64,000 bases of DNA from Ginglymostoma cirratum (lineage: Eukaryota), in the NCBI GenBank assembly GCA_024137785.1, contig JAHRHZ010000268.1:15952064-16016063 (forward strand), read 5' to 3'. The notes under the pieces are model-generated. The model worked only from the letters and a program-made list of their open reading frames with translations. It had not been told where the DNA came from and searched no databases. A program made the translations under genes and the position numbers. Shown here piece by piece: positions 1-14,934 of the stretch; the first letter of the stretch is position 1; every line of letters begins with the position of its first letter.

Positions 1-1339
1 TGACAATGATGTAATAGATGAATTGGCATTTGCAATGGTTATGTCTAATTGCAGGTTTGACTATAGCTATTCCCAAAAATCGATGGCTGGAGAAGTTACA
101 TGCAGACCAAGAAAAACAAAATGATTTCCCTGACCTCTATAATGTGGTGCCAGTGTTTAAAGTGAGCTAAAAAAAAGGTGTGCCTGCTGCTATGAGAGGG
201 ACAGTCTTCTGGCAAATGGAGCAATGCCCAATTACACGGTTTGTTTGCTACCAACACACTAGTAACGTAAACATGCAGTAAAACACTGTGCAGGTATATC
301 AGTTTCACAACTTCGTCAATGCTAAAATGCAAAGGAATGTCTTATCTAATTGGAATCTTTACCTCATCTAATTTTGACAATGCATATTTAAATACAGCTA
401 AAGTCTTATTTTGCAATCTATATTTATCCTGCAAATTTTCAAGATTAGAATTATAATTAAGTATGCTTATAAAGCATATTTGTAACACCAAATTGAATTT
501 GTTGTTCCTTATTTTGTGTCAAAAGAAGTTTATACCCCTCTATAGCATATTAAATAAATGGTATATAAAGTAAATGCATTTAATGCTACAGTTAAAAATC
601 ACATCCCGTTGCATCTAAAGTTGTCTGATATGAATACATTTTCTGGATTGAAAATGGCCCTTTCACTATACCCACTTTATGGAACTGCTTGATATCCCTT
701 TCGGATAATATCGTTACAAAATTTATTAAAACTACTCTATCAGTTATTTAGAAGATAGTATTTCAAAGAATTCAATGCAGGGAATCAGACTGCTAATTTC
801 AGCTATACGAAATAAAATTTAACTTCAACTCATTTAAAACTACCAAAATGTTCAGTTTATCCCTGTTATTGCAATTATTGTTTATGTGCCTCAGCAAAAT
901 CAATTTTGCAAAACATTTCAAATTTATAATGATTCGAAAGAATGTTGTAGACATGAGGCAGTGGAGCGAAGAAAGATCAAATATTTACCGTAAGACAAAT
1001 TTTACTAGAGGAGGGAGTGACACTTGTAGCATTCTTTTAGTGGTCAAAAGCACTTGCATGTGCACAGAATGTTTATTCTGTAATTTCAAACATTTTTGTG
1101 ACCCTTACATTTCTTGAGGCATGTAGCCTCCTACCAAACTAGGCAAGTCCTGAACTCTCTCAAAATTTGTGGATCTGATTCCATGACTCAATGACACAAT
1201 GCTTTAAAAGATGCTGGTTTCTGTTTTACTCCATCCAGAGTTAATTCCATGACATCAAAGGCATAATATCTTAAAGTGCAATCTTTCATTACTTGGTACA
1301 TTTGCTTCAATTTCTTCATAAGATAAAGGAACATAGCAA

Positions 1340-1485
1340 GATAGTCCGTGCATGCTTTCGAGCCTGTTCTGCCTTTCAACAAGATCATGATCCGATTGTG
1401 GTCTCAAATCCACTTTCCTACGGAGAACCCCTTTCCTTCTCCAACATAACCCTTGATGCCCTTGTCTATCAAAATCTAGCTCTGC
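1340..1485 (-). mobile_element. CR1-type 3' UTR fragment
   Basis: Recognised by eye (gatcttgttgaaaggcagaacaggctcgaa on the minus strand). Confidence 0.45.
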
Positions 1486-4400
1486 TGTGAATAAATCCCA
1501 AATACGTGCCTGAATTGTACGGTCAACCAGATCTCACAAGTCCAACTTCATAGACTTTTTTGTCCGAGGGTACATTCTCCAGACTGCTTACACACAAGTG
1601 GAAGTACTATATGAAGATTCAATCATTTGGGATTCAATCAGTAATGCAAATACTTGAATTCATTCACCAGTGGATGGATCTCCGATGAATTCAAGCACAT
1701 TGTCAACACCTTAACCGCTGTGCATGATGGGACAATCAGCATCATGTTAACACAGACTGCACAAAACACTGTAAAAAGCCAAGAACACTTCACATTCAAT
1801 TACTGTGATAGTAGATGTCAGCTGTGTTTCCATTGGCTGAGATCACTCTCCTGTTTACACTCAGGATCCTGTTTAGAGGCAGACAGTGAAACAAAAGGTT
1901 ACTGCCATTCCCTTCTACAAAACCCCATGAAACTTGCTCCCCAGCCCCAACAGTGCAATTGTCCCCTCACAGCTCTATTCCCAATTTGCTAAAATGAGAT
2001 CCACAACAATCCCAAATGGTCCATGCTTCATGCCAGTTTCTGCATGTACTGTTAAGTCCAAGCACTGTGCAATTGCTTCCTCAAGGATGCCTACTCTTAA
2101 TTGGCACAATGGCATACCACTAGTACTCCAGATTTGTGATATACATGAAGTTAAAACAGCTCCACATCTCCATGTTAGCTACCTACAACAAAGATTTCAT
2201 CCAAAGGATACGAAGATTTGTGAGCTGCACTTCCTTAGCTTCACAAGCGATGGTGCTGAGGACATTCAATCCCATATAATCGCAATAGTCCAATTAGTTA
2301 AAACCAGTTAACATTGATGATTGGAATTTGGATACTCGGCACTTTTGACGGTGATGACAATGAGATTTATTAACTTTTTCAAGTATACCTTAAATTTTCA
2401 TACTTTAGAAAATAGAGGAAGGGCAAACCTACAGTAAATAATGCATAGGATATACAAGATTAATATTTTTTCCAAAATTAGACCATGAAAACAAATGTAC
2501 TACTCCATGCTATGCAGTGCCTCAACATTCAAATTGTTGTAACACCATTCTCAGTGCGAAAAAAAAGGTTCATGTAAAAAATTACACTACTGCATTATTC
2601 TTCCAAATATGGTCACTACTTTTGCTGTCAGTTGTTCAGTTTGGATCTCTTGAGATTAGAATCTTTGAGCCAGTCTCGGGATGTACAATGCAAAACTATG
2701 TTCTGTCACAAGCATGAGGATGCAGGCTCACAGCGTTTTATCTCTCAGAATCTGACCTAAAAGAAATGAACATTATAAAAACAGTTCATGTTTCTTCCTA
2801 ATTGTATTTGAAGATACATCACTGGCTGGCTCTGAAGTTAGCTGTTGAAAGCCATGCTGGAGCCTCATTCAGTTTTAGGTCAGTTTGACTGAAAAAACCT
2901 TGGACTCTTGCAACTGTCAAACTCTGCGAAGAATGTTGAGACAGTTTCCTGTCAACACATTTATCAAAACACTGTAAAAACATAACAAAATCATTCCCCA
3001 TTTTCCTGCAGAGACCTTGAAACACTACACATGGGAACTTTATATGCTTTCTTACAAGGGTAAATACATTGGAGCCCAGATTGATCAATGGCTTGATACA
3101 CATCTGCATATACTTCAAATTTCATCATGTTACCTCCTTTAATAGTTTTATACCTGCTCACTATAACTAAGTCAACACCATCAAGTTTTTGCATTGCATT
3201 TGATCAAACAACGATGGAAAGCAAATTCTGCAAAAAGCACAATAAATTCTTGTTAAATATTCAATCTAGATTACAGTATTCTAGTAGGTTTGATGTGCAA
3301 GGTTTTGTACATCACTGCTATGATTAAGATTTTTCCTCTCCTAATCCTATCAGTTGATTTTCGCTCAACTCTGTACTAAGGCCAACAATTAAAAACAGTC
3401 TTCGCCTCACTACCAGTAATGATAGATGACTAGCTTGTTGCAGAGTTATGCTGCTTCAGTGAAGTAATACCTAGGCATCTTACAGCCTTTCAGGAAGATC
3501 CAACTTTCGGCTAACTGATTTCTCTACCACAAAAGTACTATCTCGGTGTGTTTTTTTAAAAAAGTGATCAATGTGTTTCTGCATAGTTGTTTCTCAAAAC
3601 AATCTGTTTTAAATCATAATTTTTGGCTGTATTCTCTATAAGGTAAACCACATCAAGTAACTGCAACAGTCTAGACGGTATACAATCAATAAAAAATTGA
3701 CATTTGCATCACTGAGCTTGCATGAAAAGCATGAAGGACTCCCAGGACATGCTTGAAGTTAGTATTTAAAGTAACTGCATTGCTTTGAATTTATAAATGG
3801 AGGACAGAAAATCATTGAAGCATTTCACAAATAAGCAGATAGATGTCTTCATAGTTCTGGTCCTTGTTCAAGTTAGGCTTGGAAAAAAAAACCCAACAGT
3901 TTAATCTATAATTGTGGGTTTGAAGTATGGTTCATTTAAGCAGAAACAGAACTTCATGTTGATGCTCCCTGCCTTAGGAGACTCTACTTATTATTATGCT
4001 TGAATCCGTAACAGTATCACTGGTTGATAATTCAAATCATTGGCCACACCATTAAGACTCATAACATTATGAGGTCATGGTTCTTTACTGAAATGTATGG
4101 GTCAAGGATTATTCTGTTGATTCCAAATAAATCACTTTTAAGAATGCCGTTAAACGGAGTGTCTGGTGACTTTTCACACTGCCTTTTGCCTTCCGGATTT
4201 GGGTTCAAATGTGGCTCAATAAATATCTTTACTTGTTATTGGGCAACGTAGAATGAGTTTGTGAAATGTGAATATGTTTAACAGGGCAAAATTGTTCTGG
4301 CTGGTAATTTCATTCCAGTTATACAACTGGATATTTGGATCAATATCAAATTGATGTTGCTCTGAGGTTGAAACTGACACGTTGATGGAACAGCGCATGA

Positions 4401-4687
4401 AGGACATTAATGTGCACATTAATGACTATGGAACACCTGGCCAGGGAATGCCTGATGTTGCTCAGTGAGTACCCGACTAGGGATGCACTCTTTTTCAGCA
4501 CTGAGCCAAAAGCCTTCCACCTCACAAACACAAAAATTTCACAAAGAACTTGACCTAAGTTTTGAATGTTTCTAATGTGACCTCAGACACAGTGAAAATA
4601 CTTCTGGTGATACTTCTCAAAAGGAAAAAGGTTAAAATCTCAAATAATACAGCAACAATTGTGGAAGTTATGTAATTTCACACTTAC

Positions 4688-5023
4688 CTGCCTGGTTGGT
4701 TGTGACAGTAACTAAGGCAGATTGGTCATGGCTAGGATTTGAATTTGTTACTCCATTGACTGCAAAAACTTCAAAGGTATAATTGGTGTGAGCCTGAAGA
4801 TCAGTGATGGAGACCTTGGTATTCTTCAAGCCGGTCTGCTGGGGGACAAAATGAATCCCACTCCCACAAGGATGACAACGGCTGAGGTCGTTGCTGCATT
4901 TCTTACAGATAACATTGTAGGTAATGTCGTGCCTGCCTCCATTGTTCTGGGGAGGACTCCACTCCAGGATCACAGATGTTTCATTGATGTTGGAGATCAG
5001 ATTCAGTGGAGCAGAGGGTGGTC
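4688..5023 (-). CDS. EPHA4: EphA4-like coding exon 5 (first fibronectin type III domain, [22 protein letters not shown]...VTVTTNQA, 336 nt); gene continues beyond position 1
   Basis: Acceptor ctctaaccag, donor GCAG|GTAAGT; FN3 signature residues; in frame with exon 4. Confidence 0.96.
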
Positions 5024-8000
5024 CTGGTTAGAGTGGAAAAATCCAGTGAATGACAACTTTATTCTGTTTGAAAAATTTGATGCAATATTCAACTCACTTA
5101 ATCTTTAAGACATCTTAAGGGCATTTGTTGACAATAAATCACTGTCAAATATTTTCAAACATATACATAAAGCTTATTTTTATCATCTTAGTTGTTGTAC
5201 TTCCTTTCAGTTCTTTCATACTAACCTGGTTATCTTGGATTTCTAAACTCTATGCAATAGCCACGGGCAAAAAGCAAGTAAAAACATAAAGCATCCAAGA
5301 AATGTGAACAGATATTGAATATAATCTGTTCAGTAACATTAGTACCACTGGTGATGTTCTGTAGCGCAGTTTTACTGAAATCTGTCAAAATTAACTATCG
5401 CTGTTTTGAGTATCTTCTCAATATACTGTACAAATAAGCACAGCATAAATTCCTGAAAATCAGTCCTTGTCCAGACACAGCAACTGGCTGCACTTGGTAA
5501 ACTTTTCCATTGTGTTCTGCGCTGTAAACAATAAAATTGCATTTAAACGCTCAATACTCAAGAGTAAGCATTGCATCTTAGAAAAATAACAAAGAATAAA
5601 CATGTAGTTTAAAAATGGAGTGGAAATATTTGTAGTTTATTCTAAGTTCATTTTGTGGACTGGACTTTTCAAACTGCATCACAACAGAATGCTCCGTGTT
5701 CACGTGGGAAAATGTCCCACATTGAATAAGAGCTTTTTGGAAGCAAAAGTCAATAATTATTATGTGCGACAGAGTCTAAACAGGGAACCAGTGAGGCGGA
5801 AAACTGGGAAGCAGCTGCCTGCAAGAGTTGAGGAGCAGTGAGCTAAAGAAGAGAGACATGGTTACACAACAGAGTGGAAGCATGAAGCTCAGCAAAAGGG
5901 AAAGCTGCATAATACTGCAGCCTGTAGTGAAGGGTCAGCCATTTACCTACTAATCCAGCTGTGTGCTTTGCACAGTTACAATTATTAACTCAATTAAATT
6001 ATAGATATCAATTAAATTCTCTTTTTACTGTTCTTGCACAATGAGTGTTTTAACATTAAGCAAAATGATCATACTGACATTTCTAACCTGTCTTTCCAGG
6101 TTATTTGCTAAGGTCCAAATAACTCAGGAATGCCATTATTAACCTCATTAGCTGACAGGAATGTTTTGGAAATGGGACTATGCAGTTACTGCTGAATATT
6201 TATTTGGAAATGAAGTGTAGTTAATGCAATATGTAAAAGATATAAAAGCCTCAGTAAGGGAATTGTTTTCTCAGAGTACTTCTGCTGATGTGGGGTTAGC
6301 GTTGCACTGTGCTATAATTACATTTTGTTTCAATTTACATGTACTATCTTCACTATGAAAATATTTCCTTTCAGATAGAACCTTATAATTCTTTTCTCTT
6401 TGGAGAAAATCAATACTGATAACATGCATTTTGTGCGCTCAAGCTTTCTTCTTTTGCACCTGGTTCTGGGCTTGCTAGGAACTGGGTTTAAGAAGCTAAG
6501 TTCAGTGGCATTCGTGTGTACTCGCTGCTGGAATTGATCCGCATCGAGGGAAGAAATTAAAGACAATTAAAATGTAATGATTTTAGAAGGGAATGGTTTA
6601 ACATGCAAGTATCTTGCCATGGTACTGCCATAACTTGTTACAGGATTATAATAAACAGATAAAAATCACTTATTGCAGGCCTGCAACTGCTAACTTGTGG
6701 GTTTGTTTCCTTGTACGCACAATTTTTAATTACACTGGTTAATGCTTCACGTTTACTTTAAATGGATTAATGGCTACATTAAAATGTGTTGACGTGAACT
6801 AAACCAAATGCTTTAAGCAGTGCTGTAAAAGTAGTTGATTATAGTCTCCTGGTTTACATTGAATGAACAGGGATACTGTTTACAAAGATAACATCTACCA
6901 CGAATCAATCAAAACTTGATGTAGTATAACAGTCTGTAAAAATAAGGCATCACATGGTTCCCTGATGGCTTATCACAAAGAACTTGCATTTCTATAGTGC
7001 CTTTTACACCTTCAAAGATTTCGTACATCTCTATGTACAGCGAATTCACTGTTGGAAAAGAAATAGCTGAATTGCACATATTAAATTGCCCTTAAGATTC
7101 AGCCCCTAGTTATTTAGAGCTCTGACCAGTCTTAAATTAGCTGTATGCAGCTTAAGTAGTGGGAGGCAACTACAACTGGACTTGATGCTCCTGGCTTAGA
7201 GCAAGTAACAGCATGAGTTGCGATTACCATGATGGGATGTGAATATGGACAGTCAGTGATGACAGGGTTCTGACAGAATGATCAAATCATCTACCATCGT
7301 TCAATGCCTAGTTTTGTGTGTCAGAGATGGCTACTTGGTTTGTTTTGGATTAGTAACTTAACTGAGTTATTGACTATGGTAAGGTAATGGAAAAAATGAC
7401 ACATATGAAAGATTTTATGGAGGGGGAGGTCTTAAAAAGGAAGAAAATAATAGTGTTATGCAAATCCTACTCATTCACATTTGGTCTATCCATCTTTCTC
7501 CACTGATCATATATGGTGGAGAAAGAGTTTCCAGGATTCGAAGATTGGAATTATATTATATAGAGAAGGAAAAAAAAAAAATCAATTTAAGGAAAAACTA
7601 TATGTTTTAAAACTGGGCCTTGAAATGCTGAGTATTAGAGTTTAATTTTGAAAGGTGTTTAATGAATGACTTCAGAAACCCTATTTCCACCACTTCCAAA
7701 TAACATCCTAGAAGTACTCTATGATGGGCTGGTATGGCTAGCCCAAGCAACTGATAAATCTTGTCAACTCATGAAAGCAGAAAGGCACATCTGTGAAAAT
7801 GGATGATCGTAAACAAGAGAAATAAGTTACTTTATTACCCTTGAAGGAATACTTTTTCTTGATCTTTCTTGACACATCTACATATCACCAGCACTAATAG
7901 ATTTCTTTCAACAGATATGGAAAGTGTTTAGTTTGCTGGAGGCCAGTTTATTCAAATAGTGGTGCTCAGATTACACTACCTGTTAGCAAACGTTTCCCGG

Positions 8001-10988
8001 GCATAGCACCATTTATCATTCAAAATGAGAAATAGATTTCCATTTAATGCTTCATTCCAATGGAAAAGGATAATGTATTTCTTTCAAAACCTCTGTCGAC
8101 AAATATTTTGTGCATAATGTCTTGCAGCCCATTAGCAACTCCAAATGTCGCTTGGTACAAGATTTTTGGCCGTTTTGCTATAAATGTCACAATTTTGAAC
8201 AGTCTCATGGGGAAGTTATTACACAAGGCTGCAGAAGTGAGTTCCGAATGGCGTGGACTGAGTGAAAGGTCAGCAATGATGGAAGTTGGAATAGGAAACA
8301 ATCTAGTGTCAAGACAGCAAAGGGCAAAAGTAAGATCACAAACAATAAACTTCCTATAAACAGACAGCATTCGGAAATTATCTTTCAGGAAAAGAAAATT
8401 TCATAATTTTATCAACTAAGAGGTAAAATTACAAAAGAAAAAGCTTGAAATCAATGAAAGAGAGTCTCTATAGCATCCAATCAGCACTTCACAACAGTCC
8501 CTGTGGGTTTTAACTCCGAACTGAACTCCAAACGAAATTTCTCCATCATAAGGACTGACTAATTCCAGCTCAATAATATTGTTCATCCTTTTTATTACCC
8601 GCAATCGTCTATTTGCCAGCTCCAGATTCTATTTTTCCAATGGTCTCCTAGCTAGCCTTCCAACTTCTAATCACTATAATCTTGATTTCATTCAAATCTC
8701 AGTACCCAATGTCTTCTTCCTATGAAGATTGCACCTAACTATTACACTTGCATTCTTTTCTTCTCCCAGTCACCTTGTTCGGAGATGCAATTACACACCC
8801 CTGGAGCAGGTGGGAGTTGAACCCAAATCTCCTTGCTGAGAGAGGGACACTATCACCATATTACCAGAGCACTTCCTATTACATTTGTTCCCATTGATTT
8901 ACACTGGCCTCAGTTCAATTGTTTATCACTAGTTTCTCTCCAGACTTGCCGGTAAAATAATGGCAAAGTGGACAGAACTGAAGTTTCTAGTACTATAATA
9001 AGTAACTCAGCGACAATGCCCTTTTTTTGAAAAAAAAAAACAACTTTGTTTGGGACTAATACAAAATTAGAGAAAAACCCCTTTTGAAAATGGCTCCTTG
9101 ACTAATATATAGATTCTTCTCATTCCAGTTGGAGCAACACTGATGTATGGACATTTACAAAAACTGATTTTGTACCAATATTAGCTCTAAATTGTTTTTT
9201 GGAGATACTCATAAGTTCCTTTTTATGAACATCAAGGCTGAGAAATCATGGAAACATTGTAATTTCTTTAAAAATCAACTATTTTTGTGTAGGAGTTCCC
9301 AGAGTACAAATCCATTATTGAAAAATCCAAGAAATCTATAGATGAGTTACCTGCTAAGAAAGTTATGTTTGTGAATGTTAGTGTAAGGAACAGTTACAAA
9401 TTTTGAACGCTGTAAAGAATCATTCAGATTAACATTGCATCAGCAAATGTGATGGCTTTTCTGCATTCAGTTGAAAATGTGATTAAAACACAGAATTATA
9501 TTCTATAGTCTATTATTCAGTATTGCCAACATATTTGCAAACTATTTGATAGGTTGATACCATTCCATTCTACTATGATAACCATATTAACATTTCATTT
9601 TATTAAAATTAATCAGCATTTAGATTTAACTACTATACAAACCATGTTCATTTTTTAATGTGTACCTGTCCAGTGAGAGTAAAGAAGCAGTTTGATGTAT
9701 TGCAGAACACCAGTTACTTTAGCAAATACCAAAATCTTAATTTCTTGATTAAGTCACAAACAAACAATTTTCAGTTAAAATCAAGCCATTTTACTTATAA
9801 AAATACAATCCCATTGGTACAGGAAATTTTGTGTATAAAAACGATACATTTTGTCATAGTTTTCATCTTGCACTCATTAAGCTAATTTGTACAAAATATC
9901 TAAAAAGGAAAATGATATTTATACTGTATGACAGGGTAAGCAAGTGAACTCAGATTTATACAGATTAATGCACCAGTTAATGATGATTGACAATGAAGTG
10001 CCAAGTTTTGTTTACATTTTAACAAGGCAAGTTGACTAATTGGTCAAGGCATTGCCTGAGAAATGAACCAGAGAATGGCTGTCACCATACCAAATAATTA
10101 TTTCTACAGGAGGTATTTGGTATTGAAGTTCAGTTTCTAGAGTCCAGGTTAGTATCTCCATCTTGGATGACAATCACACAATTTCTCTCGTCAGTATTCT
10201 TGAAATTTCCAATAGCCAACAATTCCATTTGAGGGAACAGAAGAGCCAGTCATTTATACATTATTACTAATAAGTGCAAGATAGAGACTTAACTGCCATT
10301 GTCTCCTTCCTGGCTGAACTCATCATCGTTGACTTATATCTCAGCATCTATCCTTGACTATTCCAGCTATGGCCTTTTGATGTCTTTCCCATCTCCTTTT
10401 GATTAATACTTTAGTCATGAGCACAACAGGGATCCCAATAGGGTGATCTTTCAAAATGCATCACAGTACAATATGCAACTCTATTAACTAGTCAATGAAC
10501 TGTCCCCTACTGTGACCTTGAACTCCTATCTCTTCATAGTTCTTTCCCAATTTCCTGAAAGCGTCTTTAACCACTATTGCTCAGTAGTCGATTACCCCAC
10601 TTACTTCTTTCTTTAATTTGTGAGATTAAACACAATGCAGTTTTCTTCTTTTACTACTATTATTCAAGTAACACTTAAATATTGACTGTTGATAATTTGT
10701 TTTAAACTAATCTCTAGGTGATGATTACTCTCTATCCATTTTAGCTGCAGAATTTAACGTAATATGCCAGCATTCTGTTTTGTTGTCAAAAGATGAAAAT
10801 TCTCTCAGATTCATGTTCCATTAATGCACAATTGTTCATTCATTTTTTTAAAAGATGTATAATGCATTGGAGTGCATTTATTACATGAAGATTGCTTTGC
10901 TGTTAGAATTGTATGTGAAGTGAAGGACCTAGGTGCACTTCAACAAACAGAAAATTGAGAGAAAATGTAAAATGAAAATTAGACTCAC

Positions 10989-11144
10989 TTGTACAAGGCA
11001 TAGACAAGGGATCGTTTTCAGCTCTGAAGTAACCCCTTTCACAGGTGCAGTACGTGGAAGCTTCCTGAGTAGAAGAGCTATGTGGTGGACATTTTGAGCA
11101 GCTTGGATCTGTCGACAAAGCCTTGTAGTATCCAATTTTACAAG
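10989..11144 (-). CDS. EPHA4: EphA4-like coding exon 4 (EGF-like Cys-rich region, [23 protein letters not shown]...MPCT, 156 nt)
   Basis: Acceptor ttctttcttccag, donor ACAA|GTGAGT; phase 1-1; Cys pattern typical of Eph receptors. Confidence 0.96.
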
Positions 11145-12751
11145 CTGGAAGAAAGAATGGAGTGTCACTGCGTTATTTACATAGCTTTATATGGAACCTC
11201 CTTGTAACATTTTGAAGTCTCCACAGTGGGATAACACTGGACTTTTAATGGAAGAGAAATGGAGTGTTAATGTAAATAACCAGAGGAGTAAAAGGATGGA
11301 TTTCAAAACATTTACATGCCATCAGATTTTCTGTCTCAGATGTAATGGTTCTGCTGGTCTGAATGTCATCATTTTGTCATCACTAGACTATGTTTCTCCT
11401 AAAACAGGCAGTGGTTTGAAAGAAAGTGAAAAGAGGGATTTAAAATCTTTATGTCACCTGAAGGTTATAAACTCATCTCCTCTTGTTACTTATCCTCCTC
11501 GCTAGTCACAAAATTATCAAGAGTCGGAATTGGTGCAATAAACTTCTTCCGACTGCAGAAAAACCGATTAACCAAAACTATCAATCTCCCCTGGCTTTGG
11601 TTTCAAGTCTGTAACAGAAGTGAATAAGATTTATGGAACTAGGGTTGTTGCATAAGGTTACAACGTGCTTTTGGCTACAGTTCAGCAACTTCAAGATTTT
11701 ACTGAGGAAAAATCAAGAATCACAGGAAAGTATAAAGGTCAAAGCCTTCCCTCCACATCAAACAATGCTAACCCAAAAGCAATCCCAAAAACAAGTAATA
11801 TAACCCAAGTGGGCAAGGAAGACTGTCAGATTAAACAAATGCAGACTGTGAAACACATTGTCCTCTTAACACTGAGCATTCCACTGCACTGGTTTTAACA
11901 GCTGTATCGAAACACTAGTTACTGTTGCCCATGCATTCCTCATTTGATTAGTTTTCAAGAAAATAATGCAGAAGTGTAAGTTGACATATGAAAATCTCAT
12001 GTCAAACATTTAAAACATGAACCAAATATTGTGTGTCCTACTGTTAACTACTATGACCAAGAAAATAAAGGCAAACTTTATTCATTCTCGTATATATCAT
12101 GATCATGAGCAAGTATAAATTAAACACACAAAAGTATATACAATTGGAAAAAAAAAATGTTAGATGAAAATAACTTCCTGGTCTCATTAGAAGAGTCTTT
12201 TGTAGTTGACAAGATAGCGTTTATTACATGTGAGCGACTAGTTAGGAGGTTACATTGTAACAACATCCATCATATCAGACATTGAGGAGTAACAGTTATT
12301 AGGTCTCAGTCCTTCAAGATCCTAAGCTGTTCTGCCCACAAGTCCATATGAAATCAATATAATTGGTGGCTTTATGGCATTTCTCAGTCTTCACCCCTTC
12401 AGATCCATATATAACGAATACAAGTGTAGCAACTCAGAATGGAACCTTTCCAGCTCCTGAACAGATGTGGACAATGGCAAGTTAGGAAAATATGGTGAGA
12501 TCAGCAAATATTATGTTCTCAACGTCACAAAAAAATGCTGCACTTCATAGGACACTGGCACCTTTCAATGTAATGCTGCTGCTGGACATTTTGTGCACAG
12601 GAACAAGCACCATCACAGTGAACAGCAGGCTGCATCTCAGGGCTCCTCACTGTATCTCTGCCTTGCCCTTTCCCTTACCTTTTCTCTAACTGCCAGAGCT
12701 TAGAGGCACACAGTACTTCTGCTTTGCCTTGCAGACAGAGTTAGGTAGCTT

Positions 12752-12967
12752 AGATAAAAGGTACTGCAGATGCTGGAGAATCCGAGATAACAAGCATGGG
12801 GCTGGATGAACACAGCAGGTCAAGCAGCATCATAGGAGCAGGAAAACTTGACGTTTCGGGCCTAAACCGTTTTCTGATGAAGGGTTTAGGCCCGAAACGT
12901 CAAGTTTTCCTGCTCCTATGATGCTGCTTGACCTGCTGTGTTCATCCAGCCCCATGCTTGTTATCTT
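12752..12967. mobile_element. Fold-back Penelope-like mini-insert, family A, with 15 bp TSD
   Basis: Perfect 84 bp inverted arms 12785-12868 / 12883-12966; TSD agagttaggtagctt at 12737-12751 and 12968-12982. Confidence 0.85.
12874..12901 (+). ncRNA. Minimal hammerhead ribozyme-like core CTGATGA-agggtttaggccc-GAAA-CG-TC
   Basis: Both conserved catalytic boxes intact with a closable stem II; stem III reduced to CG as in Penelope-associated minimal hammerheads; activity not shown. Confidence 0.6.
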
Positions 12968-14934
12968 AGAGTTAGGTAGCTTGTCATGATTGTCAACAGT
13001 CAGTCAAGCAAATGGACACAGGGATGGAAAGGGGCCAATAACTGTGATGGAGGCTAACTCAACATACAAGGGTGGGAATTGACAAGAGCATTGCAAGACA
13101 TGGGGACGTAATGGAAAATGAAGACCCAGGAGAGCAGCCACAATAGTCCAAGGATGTTGGGTCTGAGGAACATTACCTTCTGCATGACAGAGTGCTGTAG
13201 CAACAAGCTCAACAAGTCAGACAGGACTGAACTGATGTATAGTTTCAGCAGATGAGAGCTGTGTGTAATGATCACTCACTAACTTTAAATGTGTCAGTGC
13301 TCAAAGAGCAAGCAGTTATGGTCCCAGAGGCAAGTGCAGTCTTCCTTTGCAACATCAAGAGCAGAAAAAAAAGTGAACATTTTCAACTGTTTGAAGGCTT
13401 TCCATTTTATGATGCTATCATTTTAGACAATGAGAAGATTTAAGGCTATGTTGGGTGTTAAGGCATTCCCTTATATAGGGCTCTAAGACAGTATGATGCG
13501 GAGGGTGGTTAATATGAGTATCTTGATTCTTATAGCTGCAGTTCCATGACTGTCAATCAGCCAGGTGATGATATAAGATAGCAATCCATTTACAATTGTG
13601 AGCATGTATTTGCAATAAAATGTTAGCTGTGCCACAAATGTGCCCTTTGAATAGCTTTTCTCTTATTCCCCTCCCATTATGTACACAGTGAAGGGAGCTC
13701 CTGATTGGCAGGACAGTTATGCTTTAACATGTGCCAGTGTCAGGAATCCTGGGAGGTCCTAGCTGTGGCAAGTACCTCCACCATTGCCAAGTGGAGTATA
13801 GCATAAAGGGTGCCATAGAAACATGGTACATACCAATGGGGAAAGCTGCAGAGATCAGCATAACTCAAAAGGGCTCAGGGAAAGAAACTCCTGAAACTAA
13901 CAGTTAGCCAATCTCTGGTAAAGTTCAGCCCTTGATACATGACCCTACAACCAAGAAAGAAAAACATTCCCCACTTTTGATCGTTCTTGGGACACACTGA
14001 CTTAGTCACCCTAGAACTTCTACAGGTGGACAGTCAGAAGTGGTCAGCTCCATCTTGGAATGCAAATGGGCAAATTAAAAAGTCGAGGTTCTTGTAAGAA
14101 ATATGAACAGCTGTTCAGTAGTTTGCACTAAACAACACTAGTCACTGGACAACCAGCAGAATTGGCTCATTACTTCACCCAGGCATATCGCAGACAAGTT
14201 GCTAGGCTACAAAATTACCTATCATCCGTTAGCTCAGTATTGACAAGAACCTGAACCTTTCTGGTATGTTGATTTTAAAATTATATCAAACATGGCATTT
14301 GCTCACCTGACAAAACACTTTAATAAGATTAGAAGAAGTTCAACATACAAGTATCATGTAAAATATATACCAAGGAAAATGAACTTCCTGTAATAGGCAG
14401 TCTTGGAGTTTCCTTGATTTTTTTTTTAATCTAATAGACTGGGTGGAGTTCTCAGTATTTTCCTTTAACAAGCTTTCAATTTAACAAGAAACTAGAAATG
14501 AATCATTAGCACTTGTGACCATAATGTTTCATCAGATAAGACATAACAGCCTCTGGAACGTTCAATGACCACCACCAGAGAGGGGCGTCCCGACCCAAAG
14601 GATGATGAACCTATTAGTTTCCTTCAACAAAGTGGCTGAATGGCGTGTGTGGGGTTGGTCCCGAAGACTAGAGCCGCATTTCCTCCTGGGTAGTTGACAC
14701 ATGGCAGAGCTTCCAGCAGCACAGGGCAGATGGGCATATGTGATGTATTGCAGTTGCATAGGCAGCTGTCAGATGCACTAACTTCTCACAGTCTGTTGGG
14801 AACAGAGCTGGAGAGCACCAAGCCATGAATTTTTGATCGCCATAAATATGAAGGGCAGTATGAATGGGTACGACCCAAATTCAACATTTGGGTTGAAACT
14901 GAAAGATCCAAACATGCACCAAGACATTTTGATA

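Noticed and set aside
1-4687. EphA4 exon 6 (second FN3)
   Set aside because: No matching peptide found; it presumably lies outside the window
12752-12967. Fold-back inserts as MITEs or pre-miRNAs
   Set aside because: Asymmetric arms, variable 9-16 bp TSDs, single-arm copies and hammerhead cores fit retroposition better; no evidence of miRNA processing
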